38,132 nt of DNA from Candidatus Thorarchaeota archaeon (lineage in GTDB: Archaea > Asgardarchaeota > Thorarchaeia > Thorarchaeales > Thorarchaeaceae), in the NCBI GenBank assembly GCA_048884785.1, contig JBHLQM010000019.1, forward strand, positions 13,772 to 51,903. Direction: 5' to 3'. Made by a program: the position numbers and the translations under genes. Positions 18,877 through 28,323 of the stretch are shown here, piece after piece (position 1 is the stretch's first letter; each line of letters begins with the position of its first letter). Below the pieces are notes generated by a model. The model saw only the letters and a list, made by a program, of their open reading frames with translations, ran no database searches and was not told the origin of the DNA.

Positions 18877-19575
18877 TCACTTGTTCCATTCAGATACAAT
18901 CTTTGTGATTGCGCTTGATACAATGAAGACACCAACTGTCATACCCAAGAGAGAGAATGGTGTTGGAAAGTTTTCGCCGCTTGAATCCACTGTAGGCCAG
19001 CTCAGAAGTGAGTATCCATAGAGCACAATAGAAAGGCAACCTAGGGCCATGATTAGGGCAAAGAATGCCTTGTCATGGATAGCATCGGATTGAATCCTAT
19101 TTCTGTGGCGCATCATTAGAATTACAGCTAGTCCAATTATTGGAAACATGAACCAGTAGCTTAGCTGGAATAGAAACACGGTTCCGACCGCGCCTCCGTG
19201 AAGGACATATCCCCCCAGCGGCAGTACTGGTAGAATCAGCATGAGAATCCCTGAACTCGTAATGATCGAGTTGCTTAGTTTTGTACTTACTCTTGGTAAA
19301 GCATATTGAAGCAAAAGCAACCCAGATGTGGCAATTAAGAACATAAAGAGAGTCATTACAGGAAATCCGAGGTTCTTTTGGACTTGAATCCGCAAAGCAT
19401 GTTCTGCAATTATACTATCAATTATTAGATTGGTAAGAACAGCTGCAGGAAATAGCAATAGTTGTCCTATACCTAGAATGAGCAAACTAACAATAGAATA
19501 TGCAAAATTGCTCATTGCTTCAAACTCATCTAGGGCCGTATCATTTGACCGCACAGCCTCACTTTCTGTTTCCAC
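18877..19575 (-). CDS. Hypothetical multi-TM membrane protein
   Basis: About 6 hydrophobic segments. Confidence 0.7.
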   Translation of the reverse strand: METESEAVRSNDTALDEFEAMSNFAYSIVSLLILGIGQLLLFPAAVLTNLIIDSIIAEHALRIQVQKNLGFPVMTLFMFLIATSGLLLLQYALPRVSTKLSNSIITSSGILMLILPVLPLGGYVLHGGAVGTVFLFQLSYWFMFPIIGLAVILMMRHRNRIQSDAIHDKAFFALIMALGCLSIVLYGYSLLSWPTVDSSGENFPTPFSLLGMTVGVFIVSSAITKIVSEWNK

Positions 19576-19677
19576 TCAACCCCAACTCAGATACTATCTA
19601 GCGGAGTGTCGCCTTAAGCATTAGCATTTCAGACAGAATCTTCAAGCACAGTATATTTGTATAAACAAGAAGGGAGA

Positions 19678-19791
19678 TGGCGCTGAGGAAGGGATTCGAA
19701 CCCTTGAGTCTTACGACACTGGATCTTTGCAGGATGGCTGGAATGCCAATCTTTAGCAATCCAGCTCCCTACCAGGCTAGGATACCTCAGC
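19678..19791 (-). tRNA. tRNA-Ser(GCT) with a 29-nt intron at position 37/38 (19725-19753); CCA encoded
   Basis: Acceptor GCTGAGG/CCTCAGC, discriminator G, long variable arm, GTTCGAATC T-loop, anticodon stem CTGGA/TCCAG; bulge-helix-bulge with TTGC/GCAA central helix. Confidence 0.95.
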
Positions 19792-20001
19792 ACTTGTACC
19801 GCGCTCGTGATGTAGTTCTCTCATAAACATTTTGACAAGGCCCTCTTACAACCTCACAATGAACAAGATTTGGGTTCCTAACCGCAAAATGAGAATTCCG
19901 GGAGAATAAAGCTCGAAACAGCTTCACATTGCCACATATCATATTTGATGAACGCCGGGCAAAGAAAAGACTCTGTCCGGCCACTCACAACTTATGTGAA
20001 T

Positions 20002-20208
20002 CTAACGAGTGAAGCCGTTTCTCAGGGAGTCAACTCGACCAGATGTCTTGATCCGTTCAAGATCATTGAGGGCTTGCTGTGCGGCAATCTCGCAGCGATG
20101 ATACCGTGCACCCTCTTCATATTCCAACCATCGAGCTGTTCGTTTGCGTACTTGGGTCTTTACGACCTCAACCATCTGTCTAAGCACAGTTACTGTCTGC
20201 ATTTCCAT
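20002..20208 (-). CDS. Hypothetical small helical protein (68 aa, MEMQTVTV...)
   Basis: GTGA upstream of ATG; charged, helix-favouring composition; divergent from the regulator. Confidence 0.5.
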   Translation of the reverse strand: MEMQTVTVLRQMVEVVKTQVRKRTARWLEYEEGARYHRCEIAAQQALNDLERIKTSGRVDSLRNGFTR

Positions 20209-20523
20209 TATTTTCACGCTCTCAATATGAGCGGAACATAGGCAATACATCACCGCATTCGACTAAGCGCCAGGTTCAAGTTGCAAGACCTATACGCTCA
20301 ATATCGAGCTTGGTGTCGCACTTGTAATTTGTACCGGAGTTCTAGTCAAAGGAGGAAATATATGGCAGCGAACGCTTCGCTGTATTGCCATATGTTAACC
20401 ACAACGAAAAATCCGGCAATTATTTATATAAGATTTGTTACCAACGCAAGAATTAAATACTAATTTTTGGCAACTTCTATATGGTTGTACTCAAAAAAGA
20501 GCATAGCTGAGATAGAGTAGAAG

Positions 20524-21621
20524 GTGAGTAGTCTGGAGATAGCTTTACCCCTAAATGACATTGACATAGACATTCTACTTGCATTAGAAAAAGAAGGCGC
20601 GAAGACTTCAACGAGAAACCTAAGCAAGATTCTTGATATTCCTGATAGAACGATTCGTTATCGCCTGAACCGATTGAAGGAGAAGGAACTTCTCCACCCG
20701 CTTTTCATCCAGACATATGAGAGAAAGATTGGACTTGCTGAAAAAGCACTCTTTCTTCGATCCGTACCCAGTAAAGAGAGCGCACTGAAAGATATACTTG
20801 ATAAAATTCCAATTTTTTATAATTATGCAACCACCCATGGAACATATGATGGATTTATTGTGTACTCTATGTTCCCGATAGCATCCTCTCACATGATCAC
20901 TCGACTAGCAGAGGAAATGAAAGATGCTGGTCTGATAGAGGATTACTATGAATTTGATCTTGTTGACTATCGTACCAAAGGGGTCAACGTGGAGGCGTTT
21001 CTAACAGGGCACGAATGGGATTGGCAGAGATGGTATGGTGAGATTGGCAAGATTATTGATGACTGCGAAACTGTTGACATGAACTTTGAAGAGTTTCCAC
21101 AGGTAGTTAGCTTTGATTTCAAAGACATCCAGATTATAATGAACATGATTGAGAATGCAGAGATAACCCTGAAAGAACTTAGCGAAATCCTTCAATTGTC
21201 TCAGCCACAGGTACACAAACGTATCAAAAGTCTGGAAGATAGCGGTATAATTAGGGGATACAAACCATCCTTCAGACCCTTCAAAGATGGAACATCGGTT
21301 GGGATAGTATTCAAATCACGAAAACATGCAAAAGAAATCCTCTGCGCTATTCATCGTTTGCCCTTCTTCGTTTCATTCGCCATGGAAAATATCAATCACT
21401 ATTTCCTTACGATATATGTTCCCTCGGGTGAAATGAATAGCCTTCTTCAGGGCATAAACAGGATCAAGCAGTATACAGATGAATTCTTTACGCAGACTCT
21501 CATCTGTGTTACAACAAAGGGCCACCTCCATCTCCTCAAAAACTACAATCAAGAAACGAAACAGTGGGATATCCCTGTTAGTGATTATATCAATCTGATT
21601 AGGGAAAAATCTCAACAATAG
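20524..21621 (+). CDS. Lrp/AsnC-like transcriptional regulator with two wHTH+RAM-like units
   Basis: LNDIDIDILLAL...LSKILDIPDRTIRYRLNRL and KDIQII...LKELSEILQLSQPQVHKRIKSLEDSGIIRGY. Confidence 0.9.
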   Translation: MSSLEIALPLNDIDIDILLALEKEGAKTSTRNLSKILDIPDRTIRYRLNRLKEKELLHPLFIQTYERKIGLAEKALFLRSVPSKESALKDILDKIPIFYNYATTHGTYDGFIVYSMFPIASSHMITRLAEEMKDAGLIEDYYEFDLVDYRTKGVNVEAFLTGHEWDWQRWYGEIGKIIDDCETVDMNFEEFPQVVSFDFKDIQIIMNMIENAEITLKELSEILQLSQPQVHKRIKSLEDSGIIRGYKPSFRPFKDGTSVGIVFKSRKHAKEILCAIHRLPFFVSFAMENINHYFLTIYVPSGEMNSLLQGINRIKQYTDEFFTQTLICVTTKGHLHLLKNYNQETKQWDIPVSDYINLIREKSQQ

Positions 21622-21787
21622 GAAAGATGTAACGGCGCGTGATGCCTCGACTGTCCGTTTCTTAAATTCCGTATCTACGAGGTTCCCGATTCTAGCCTTT
21701 AGAGTTGCTTTTGTATTCAATCAACGCATCTAATAACTTGAAAGCTCTTTCCAAAATCCTTAACTTCACATAACAAAGGAGTTAGAA

Positions 21788-22102
21788 TGCGACGGGTAGG
21801 GTTGGGTCGTTTGCCGCGACCTGTAACCGGAATGGCAATACCGGAACCAGTAACAATCACCGAGGTTGAACCGGAACGAAGTGGGTCCAGTTGCAGGACG
21901 TTGACGAGTGGTCTCTGAAGTCTGCATCGGCCGTAGCAGTAGATGTAGGTCTACTGTGAGCGTGCTCAGACGTTCGAACCGGGCTAGGTCCTGGCGGAAG
22001 CAGTCCTAAGGACGAGGTGTGGAGCCTCAGAGGGTGCCGCTTTGAGAAGTGCAATTGATACGCTCATTGAGGACCGACAGTCGGAGTGGGCGAGCTGTCG
22101 CA
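21788..22102 (+). ncRNA. ffs: Archaeal SRP (7S) RNA
   Basis: Terminal helix TGCGAC/GTCGCA; Alu domain GGTCG/CGACC, TGTAA motif, CCGG/CCGG with complementary loops TTGCC/GGCAA; helix 8 TAGG-TCC-TGGC-GGA-AGCA; about 315 nt. Confidence 0.93.
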
Positions 22103-22127
22103 CCTTACTGTAATCCAAATTAAGGAC

Positions 22128-22436
22128 TCAAAGATCTGAAAGTTCTACGGCGGACCCTTGAATACAATAATAGTCCCAACGAAGGCTCATGGTCTTGGAT
22201 ATTGCGCAATTTGAGCAAAGGCAACCCTTTCTTTCGTGGATGATTGCACTTTTTCCTAATGTGCAAAATACAAGATCAGTTTCTCCACTACCTATGCAAG
22301 TTGAGCACTTGTTGCATTGACAAAGGTGTAAGACCTGTACCGCACTCTTCTTCTGGTCCGCCTCAGACATACCTGCCATCATTGCTGTGTATTTTGCCTC
22401 AAAGGAATCAGTCTTCCATGTTTCAATACCTGCCAT
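22128..22436 (-). CDS. DUF2769-like Cys-rich protein
   Basis: CQCNKCST...FCTLGKS...KGCLCSNC...YYCIQG pattern. Confidence 0.8.
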   Translation of the reverse strand: MAGIETWKTDSFEAKYTAMMAGMSEADQKKSAVQVLHLCQCNKCSTCIGSGETDLVFCTLGKSAIIHERKGCLCSNCAISKTMSLRWDYYCIQGSAVELSDL

Positions 22437-22533
22437 TCATAACACCAAGAATTTCGTTTGTTCTTCAATTATTGAACAGAACTTAAGTTCTTATTGACAA
22501 TTATTGGCCAATCTGTTTCAGAATCGTTCAGTC

Positions 22534-24315
22534 TTAGACAAATCGACCAGTGTTTCGCTTGATTTGCACAATCTCTTCAAAGATTTCGCGTTCTTGTTGA
22601 GAGAGGTCGTCCAAGAACTTCTTTCTGATTGCAAGTACCTGAGCGTCTGGAACATCGACATAGAGAACATCGTCGTCTTTGATCTGGCGACCTACGGTAG
22701 GTCCGCGTATCGAAACAGCCACTTCCATTCCTGTAACCGCCTCTTCTATGTTCACACTTCTATCCTGAATCTGAAGAATTGTCCCAACCCGCTTGCCTTC
22801 GGAGTTCATCAACAAAACCCGTGGTTTCACAATACCAAACACTCTCACACCAACTACTGCAGGCTTACTATGCCTGAAGATATACTGTGGGATAATCTCA
22901 ATCTTTCCGGGTCGTATGATGGAGCTGAGCGATTCGGCTTTTGCTTGTTCACGCTTTACCATAATCCATGCATTGTACTCATCATAGAGTCGATAGATGA
23001 CCTCATTCAGGAACACTTCCACACCATACTCTGCCGCAAGTTCATCAATATCTGGTGCAAACTTAACGTTGAATCCTAAGATGACTGCATTAAGTGGGTC
23101 AGTATCGCCAGATGCATGTGCCTCAATCACATCACGTTTAACAATAGGGCCAACATCGGCAAATCTAACGGGTACCTTTCGTTCCTGAAGGAACTGAGAA
23201 ACTGCTTCTAGTGAGCCAAGTGTATCCGTTTTCAGTATAATTCCTGATTTGTCTGTCTGAATACGTATCGAACGAACTTCATCTCTGACTTTCTTCTTGA
23301 TTTCTTCCAATTTCTCCGGGTCTGAAACAGCATAGACCGGTGCTCCAGCGACTGCGCCTTCAATGTCAGGTGCAACAATCTTCACACCTGCAGCAGCATG
23401 CACCTCCGACACATGTGTGAATTTTTCTTTTGGGTCACGAATTTCATCAAGCGGTTTTGGCAGTAGAAGGGCTCTGATTTTAGCAACCACTACCTTGTCT
23501 AATCCTCCCACCACTACAGTATCGGTCTTTTTGAGTATTCCATCGTAGATGATAGTATCAAGAGTCATTCCTAGACCCGTTTCCTCACGTATCTCAAGAA
23601 CAGCTCCCTTTGCAGGACCCGAAGAAACCCTTAGTCTCTCTTTCATATACTGCTGAGTAAGGCCTGACAATACCATTAGGAGTTCTGGAATTCCATCTCC
23701 AGTCTTCGCACTAGTTGGAACGATTGCAACGCTTTTTGTAAAGTCTGTAACTCTGTCGAATCTCTCTGATGGAATGTCATTTGCAGAGAGCGCTCCGACT
23801 ATTTCATACACCCGTCTATCCATCTCTGCCTGGACAGACATGGGCTGTGCCTTAATTGCCTGCATAAGCGACATACCTGGCTTTGTCTTCCACCCAGGGA
23901 TCTTGTCCATCTTATTCGCTGCAATCAAGAATGGGGTCTTTCCTGAACGAAGAATCTTGAGGGACTCATAAGTCTGAGTCAATGGTCCCTCATTGATATC
24001 AACAACAAGGATAGCAATATCAGCTATCGCTCCTCCACGCCTTCTTAGATTCAGGTACGCTTCATGACCGGGTGTGTCTATGAAGAGGAGTCCATCTATT
24101 GTCAGTTCGGTCTTGACTGCCTTGAGCAGTTCTCCGCATATTGATAGTATTGTCTCTGTGGGGAAGAACGAGGCGCCAATATGCTGAGTAATCCCTGCCA
24201 CTTCTCTCTCCTGTACGCCCGTACCTCGCATTTTATCCAAAAGAGAAGTCTTTCCATGGTCAATATGTCCAAGTACAGTGACTATCGGTGACCGAAGCTT
24301 AGTTGATTGTGACAA
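22534..24315 (-). CDS. infB: Translation initiation factor aIF5B (IF-2)
   Basis: LRSPIVTVLGHIDHGKT, GITQHIGA, DTPGHEA, NKMD, DTLGSLEA. Confidence 0.98.
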   Translation of the reverse strand: MSQSTKLRSPIVTVLGHIDHGKTSLLDKMRGTGVQEREVAGITQHIGASFFPTETILSICGELLKAVKTELTIDGLLFIDTPGHEAYLNLRRRGGAIADIAILVVDINEGPLTQTYESLKILRSGKTPFLIAANKMDKIPGWKTKPGMSLMQAIKAQPMSVQAEMDRRVYEIVGALSANDIPSERFDRVTDFTKSVAIVPTSAKTGDGIPELLMVLSGLTQQYMKERLRVSSGPAKGAVLEIREETGLGMTLDTIIYDGILKKTDTVVVGGLDKVVVAKIRALLLPKPLDEIRDPKEKFTHVSEVHAAAGVKIVAPDIEGAVAGAPVYAVSDPEKLEEIKKKVRDEVRSIRIQTDKSGIILKTDTLGSLEAVSQFLQERKVPVRFADVGPIVKRDVIEAHASGDTDPLNAVILGFNVKFAPDIDELAAEYGVEVFLNEVIYRLYDEYNAWIMVKREQAKAESLSSIIRPGKIEIIPQYIFRHSKPAVVGVRVFGIVKPRVLLMNSEGKRVGTILQIQDRSVNIEEAVTGMEVAVSIRGPTVGRQIKDDDVLYVDVPDAQVLAIRKKFLDDLSQQEREIFEEIVQIKRNTGRFV

Positions 24316-24471
24316 GATTCAACACCACACAGAAGAGTAATGACTCGCAAAAGTTCACAGCATATGAAATTGTCGTTTGGGCGATTCGATGACACGGTCA
24401 CAAGCCTCATATAACATATCAGCTGGACTTGCCTAGAGCGGACACATCTTCCATGGTGTCCAGAATGACAA

Positions 24472-25149
24472 TTGGTGAAACTCTTGGAAAGATCACTTGT
24501 AATTATCAAACCTGATGGTACTGCTCGGCGACGGGTCAGCGCCTTAGTTCTGAAGAAACTCATCAATCAAGGACTAAGAGTTATAGCATTCAAGGAGATG
24601 GAGGTGCCCGAATCACTGGCCAAGATGCATTATGATGTCCACAAGGACAAACCATTCTTTCCGTGGCTTGTGGAATTCATATCGTCAGCACCTGTCCTTA
24701 CAATGATTCTAGAATCCGAAAACGCTATTCAGAAGGTCCGAGATGCACTTGGAGCGACATTCGTTCAGAAAGCCGCTCCAGAATCACTACGTGGAAAATA
24801 TGGAATCTGGGCTGGTATCAACATAGCTCATGCGTCTGATGCACCTGAAACGGCAGCGAATGAAATCAAGCTTTGGATAACACATGGAGGTCTTAAGGAG
24901 TCCTCTGGTGCCGATGATGAAGCACGTGCCTACATAGAGAAGTATTCCAAGGGTAGAGCGGATTACACAATGGAGATTCGGGAAGTGGTCAAGAATGCAA
25001 TTGAAACCCATGATATCTCAGATTCCGTTTTAGAGGAACTGAAAGATTTACTTGGTAGAGATGCCGATGGTGTAAATACCGACCAGATAAATGCCCTAGC
25101 TATCGCTATTTTCGACTTTGTAAGAGAAGAAGTTGAAAAATCAAAATAG
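24472..25149 (+). CDS. ndk: Nucleoside diphosphate kinase with C-terminal extension
   Basis: ERSLVIIKPDG, HYDVHKDKPFF, LGAT, SLRGKYG, NIAHASD catalytic His. Confidence 0.93.
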   Translation: MVKLLERSLVIIKPDGTARRRVSALVLKKLINQGLRVIAFKEMEVPESLAKMHYDVHKDKPFFPWLVEFISSAPVLTMILESENAIQKVRDALGATFVQKAAPESLRGKYGIWAGINIAHASDAPETAANEIKLWITHGGLKESSGADDEARAYIEKYSKGRADYTMEIREVVKNAIETHDISDSVLEELKDLLGRDADGVNTDQINALAIAIFDFVREEVEKSK

Positions 25150-25200
25150 AATGAAAGTTAAGGTGACATGACCTGCCACCTTAACTCCAGCTTCGTATGG

Positions 25201-25401
25201 CTACCGGCCTGCTTTTCCGCCTTTTTCATAATCAGCTGTCCATTTCGTGTCCCGAGGCTTCATACGGCGCTTCAGTCTGTTTACCTTACACTTGTTCGAA
25301 CAGAACCAAAGCATAGCGCCATCCTTGGTCTGGACAAAGGCAGAACCTGTTCCTGGTTCAATATCCTTGCCACAGAAACTGCATTTCTGCGTTCCAACCA
25401 T
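25201..25401 (-). CDS. rpl24e: 50S ribosomal protein L24e
   Basis: CSFCGKDIEPGTG...FCSNKC...KWT. Confidence 0.96.
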   Translation of the reverse strand: MVGTQKCSFCGKDIEPGTGSAFVQTKDGAMLWFCSNKCKVNRLKRRMKPRDTKWTADYEKGGKAGR

Positions 25402-25408
25402 TGTAGTT

Positions 25409-25630
25409 CTAGCGCCTCCTCATCTTACGAGCCTCACGCTCAGTTTCACGCAGGATCAGTATATCACCCATCCTAACGGGTCCCTTCACATTTCGTGTGA
25501 GGACTCGGCCCTTATCCCTACCATCTAGGATTTTAACTCGAACTTGCGTGATTTCTCCGGTCACTCCCGTGCGTCCCAAGAGCTGAATGACCTCGGCAGG
25601 AATTGAGGGGGTTTCTTCTTCACCGCTCAT
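25409..25630 (-). CDS. rps28e: 30S ribosomal protein S28e
   Basis: [32 protein letters not shown]. Confidence 0.97.
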   Translation of the reverse strand: MSGEEETPSIPAEVIQLLGRTGVTGEITQVRVKILDGRDKGRVLTRNVKGPVRMGDILILRETEREARKMRRR

Positions 25631-25650
25631 CTTCATCAATCACCTAACGG

Positions 25651-26022
25651 CTATTTTCGTAGTCCAGCTATCTTGTCTACGATATCAACAACAAGATCCT
25701 TGGCTTTGCCTTCGACAACAATGGCAACTGCAGCTGTGGGACGTTCAATACCTGCAGCATTTCCAAGGTCTCTCTTGCTTGGAACATAGATGTATGGAGC
25801 CTTCTTATCATCGCAGAGACCAGGCATGTACATTGTAATCTCTGGTGGCTCAACATCTTCAGCAATCACTACAAGACGAGCAATTCCTCGCTCAATACTC
25901 TTTGTGGCCTCGTTAATTCCCTTCTTTATTCTGCCACTATCTTTGGCTATCTCGAGGGCCTCAAGGGCCTTCTTTTGAAGCTCTTCAGTGGCTTCCCAAT
26001 CGACAAAACTCGGTTTTGGCAT
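25651..26022 (-). CDS. rpl7ae: 50S ribosomal protein L7Ae
   Basis: KKGINEATKSIERG, IAEDVEPPEI, LGNAAG. Confidence 0.97.
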   Translation of the reverse strand: MPKPSFVDWEATEELQKKALEALEIAKDSGRIKKGINEATKSIERGIARLVVIAEDVEPPEITMYMPGLCDDKKAPYIYVPSKRDLGNAAGIERPTAAVAIVVEGKAKDLVVDIVDKIAGLRK

Positions 26023-26029
26023 AACAATC

Positions 26030-26054
26030 TACCTCAGTTCTTACTTCATTGGTA
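26030..26054 (-). promoter_or_regulatory. Kink-turn in the rpl7ae 5' UTR overlapping the SD
   Basis: UACC-AAU-GA-AG-UAAGAA-CU-GA-GGUA: C helix, 3-nt bulge, tandem G-A/A-G; TATA TTTTAAAA at 26128-26135. Confidence 0.75.
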
Positions 26055-26161
26055 TTCAGTATTCATGTGAATGAACACAGACAAAGCAACTCAATCAGTT
26101 GCTCCCCCCGCGCCTCGTTCTGACTTCTTTTAAAACTGTCGAACAGGTCCTTTGTGAGAAT

Positions 26162-27160
26162 TTATCTCTTGTATCCGAGTTCTTTCAACGCCTGTATAGA
26201 CTCCGCATCGGACACTCTCATATGCTGAAGCACTGAGTATCTGTTTCTCTTCTCCATTATTCTAAGTGCATGATGGACATCATCAAGAAAGATAGCATCC
26301 GTCATGTCCAATGCATTGAGTGTAACAGGAATCTCTCTCTCCTCCAGATAGCGATATACTTCTTGAGCATTATATTTTGAGTAGCCAGCTTGTTCTAGGA
26401 AGAACAGACTGAATGGTGTAGCAAATGCCACCTGAAGACCATGAAGGCTCTGCATTCTTCGATCCATGGCATGTGATATTGCATGTTCTGTGCCCGAACA
26501 GGGTCGTGAACTTCCAAATGACGTCATTGCGTTGCCTGTATCTATAATCGAACGTACAAGGACTTCCAAGTCATCACTTTTGAGTACGGAGTTTAGTGAT
26601 TCATTCACGATATCAAATACCTGTTCATCAAGGGCTTCTCCTGCATGTTCATGGGCAAGTTTCCATTCTGCCAAGCTAGAGGTCTTGGAAATAATGTCTC
26701 CAATTCCTGAGAGGGTGAGAATGCGTGGAGCTGTTGACATTATGTCTAAGTCAGCAAGAATCACCTTTGGCTGCTTACATTTTTCGGAGTATCGATAGCT
26801 ATTATGCATAACAGAGGCCACGTCGCTGGCTATGCCATCGTGTGATGCGGCGGTAGGGACGGATATCCAATCCAAACCAGCCTCATTGGCAAATAGCTTC
26901 GCAAGGTCTATACTCTTTCCGCCGCCAAATCCTACGATTAAATCTACTCCTTGATACCTAGAAACAACACCTTTTTCGTATTCTGGGGAGATGGACCAGA
27001 TAATATTCGCATCAACAATCTCCTCTATAGTCCTTCCGTATTTATCGAATATCATAACATCGCTCACAACAAGAGGTCTATGATATCCTTCCAATACGGA
27101 ATTAAGCTGTTGGATGGCCCCCTCTGAAACAATCACTTTGATGGGGCACTCAGGGACCAT
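26162..27160 (-). CDS. egsA: sn-glycerol-1-phosphate dehydrogenase
   Basis: GGGKSIDLAK, PTAASHDGIAS, GIGD, SRPCSGTEHAISHA, LHGLQVA. Confidence 0.9.
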   Translation of the reverse strand: MVPECPIKVIVSEGAIQQLNSVLEGYHRPLVVSDVMIFDKYGRTIEEIVDANIIWSISPEYEKGVVSRYQGVDLIVGFGGGKSIDLAKLFANEAGLDWISVPTAASHDGIASDVASVMHNSYRYSEKCKQPKVILADLDIMSTAPRILTLSGIGDIISKTSSLAEWKLAHEHAGEALDEQVFDIVNESLNSVLKSDDLEVLVRSIIDTGNAMTSFGSSRPCSGTEHAISHAMDRRMQSLHGLQVAFATPFSLFFLEQAGYSKYNAQEVYRYLEEREIPVTLNALDMTDAIFLDDVHHALRIMEKRNRYSVLQHMRVSDAESIQALKELGYKR

Positions 27161-27267
27161 GTTATCAACTCGGTGTCAGTCGAACTCCAAATCCCTGTTA
27201 AGGGCTTCTATCTTACATAAAATCGTGACTTCCTCTATGTATAGTGGAGGTTTTGTATAATTCTGGA

Positions 27268-28092
27268 TCATATAGCACTCGCATATACCAGCTCATTTTC
27301 ATGCTTCACAATCTCAACAATACGGTCGCCTCTTTCAAGCTCCAACTTCAACCGATCAATACTCTGGCGAATCACGCTCATTGGCATATTCCCTTCTCTC
27401 AATTGGATTGCATCTGGTATGTACGAGTCTCTCAGTATACCTACACTATCCCGACCAAAGCTCATAACATCCCCAAAGATTTCTACTCCCCTGACTCTCT
27501 CATCAACCGTAACAATCATCCCCACTTGATTATCCCATCTACCGAACTTGGCTGCACGCATACTAAAAGTTCCCCGTAACTGTCGATAAAGCTCTCCAAG
27601 TGCACTTGTTCCTGAGCTGACACTCCACATATTAAGCATCTTTGCGACGTGCTGCCACACTTGATTCTGATCCGCATTCTTTAGAATCAACCCACGAAGG
27701 GAAACTGGAACATCAGTATGAATCCATTGTTCCTTCGAATGCTGCCATCTTCCAGCCTCAATACAAAACACACTCACATCCTTTGAACCATCGACTATCA
27801 TACTCTCTCGAACAACGCGGTCTTGTTTTCCTCCATCTAGAACAGCCTCTCCAGCACGAATTAATATTGGTTCGTCTGTTCTGAAGTGCAGGCTTGGTAC
27901 ATTATCAGTTTCGTCTACCTTCAGCTTGCCTAGGTCAAGTGCCAAGTCCATTGAGAGCATTCTTCTATACGGACTTGCATCACTATCCACCAGGCCACTC
28001 ACAGCCACATTACCAAATACTCTTGGCTCAGTTACAGTCATTCCTTCGATAAGACTAAGCATCTCAGATGAATTTCTTGCCCCCATAAGCAT
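27268..28092 (-). CDS. ARPP-1/DUF6569-like domain protein
   Basis: ILIRAGEAVLDGGKQDRV, VFCIEAGRW, QNQVW, QVG...GVEIF motifs. Confidence 0.75.
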   Translation of the reverse strand: MLMGARNSSEMLSLIEGMTVTEPRVFGNVAVSGLVDSDASPYRRMLSMDLALDLGKLKVDETDNVPSLHFRTDEPILIRAGEAVLDGGKQDRVVRESMIVDGSKDVSVFCIEAGRWQHSKEQWIHTDVPVSLRGLILKNADQNQVWQHVAKMLNMWSVSSGTSALGELYRQLRGTFSMRAAKFGRWDNQVGMIVTVDERVRGVEIFGDVMSFGRDSVGILRDSYIPDAIQLREGNMPMSVIRQSIDRLKLELERGDRIVEIVKHENELVYASAI

Positions 28093-28323
28093 CCCTCATT
28101 CCCGAATGAGACAACTCCGGAATGATATACTGATGTTCGCTATAAAAGGACCACAAGACCAAATCTGTAAACTGAGTAGCGCCAAACATTGGCATAATCA
28201 ACATCCTTTATGTAGGGCTTTTTGAGGGCTGATGCGAACATCAAGTGAGTGTTACTCAGGAAATACACTAGCTGAAATGTTGACAGTGCCTCGAATCTTC
28301 AAGGACTAGTGGAGTCAATACTG

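Noticed and set aside
19725-19753. tRNA-Ser intron as a novelty
   Set aside because: Canonical 37/38 position with an ordinary bulge-helix-bulge motif
21857-22054. 65-aa minus-strand ORF
   Set aside because: Lies antisense inside the SRP RNA
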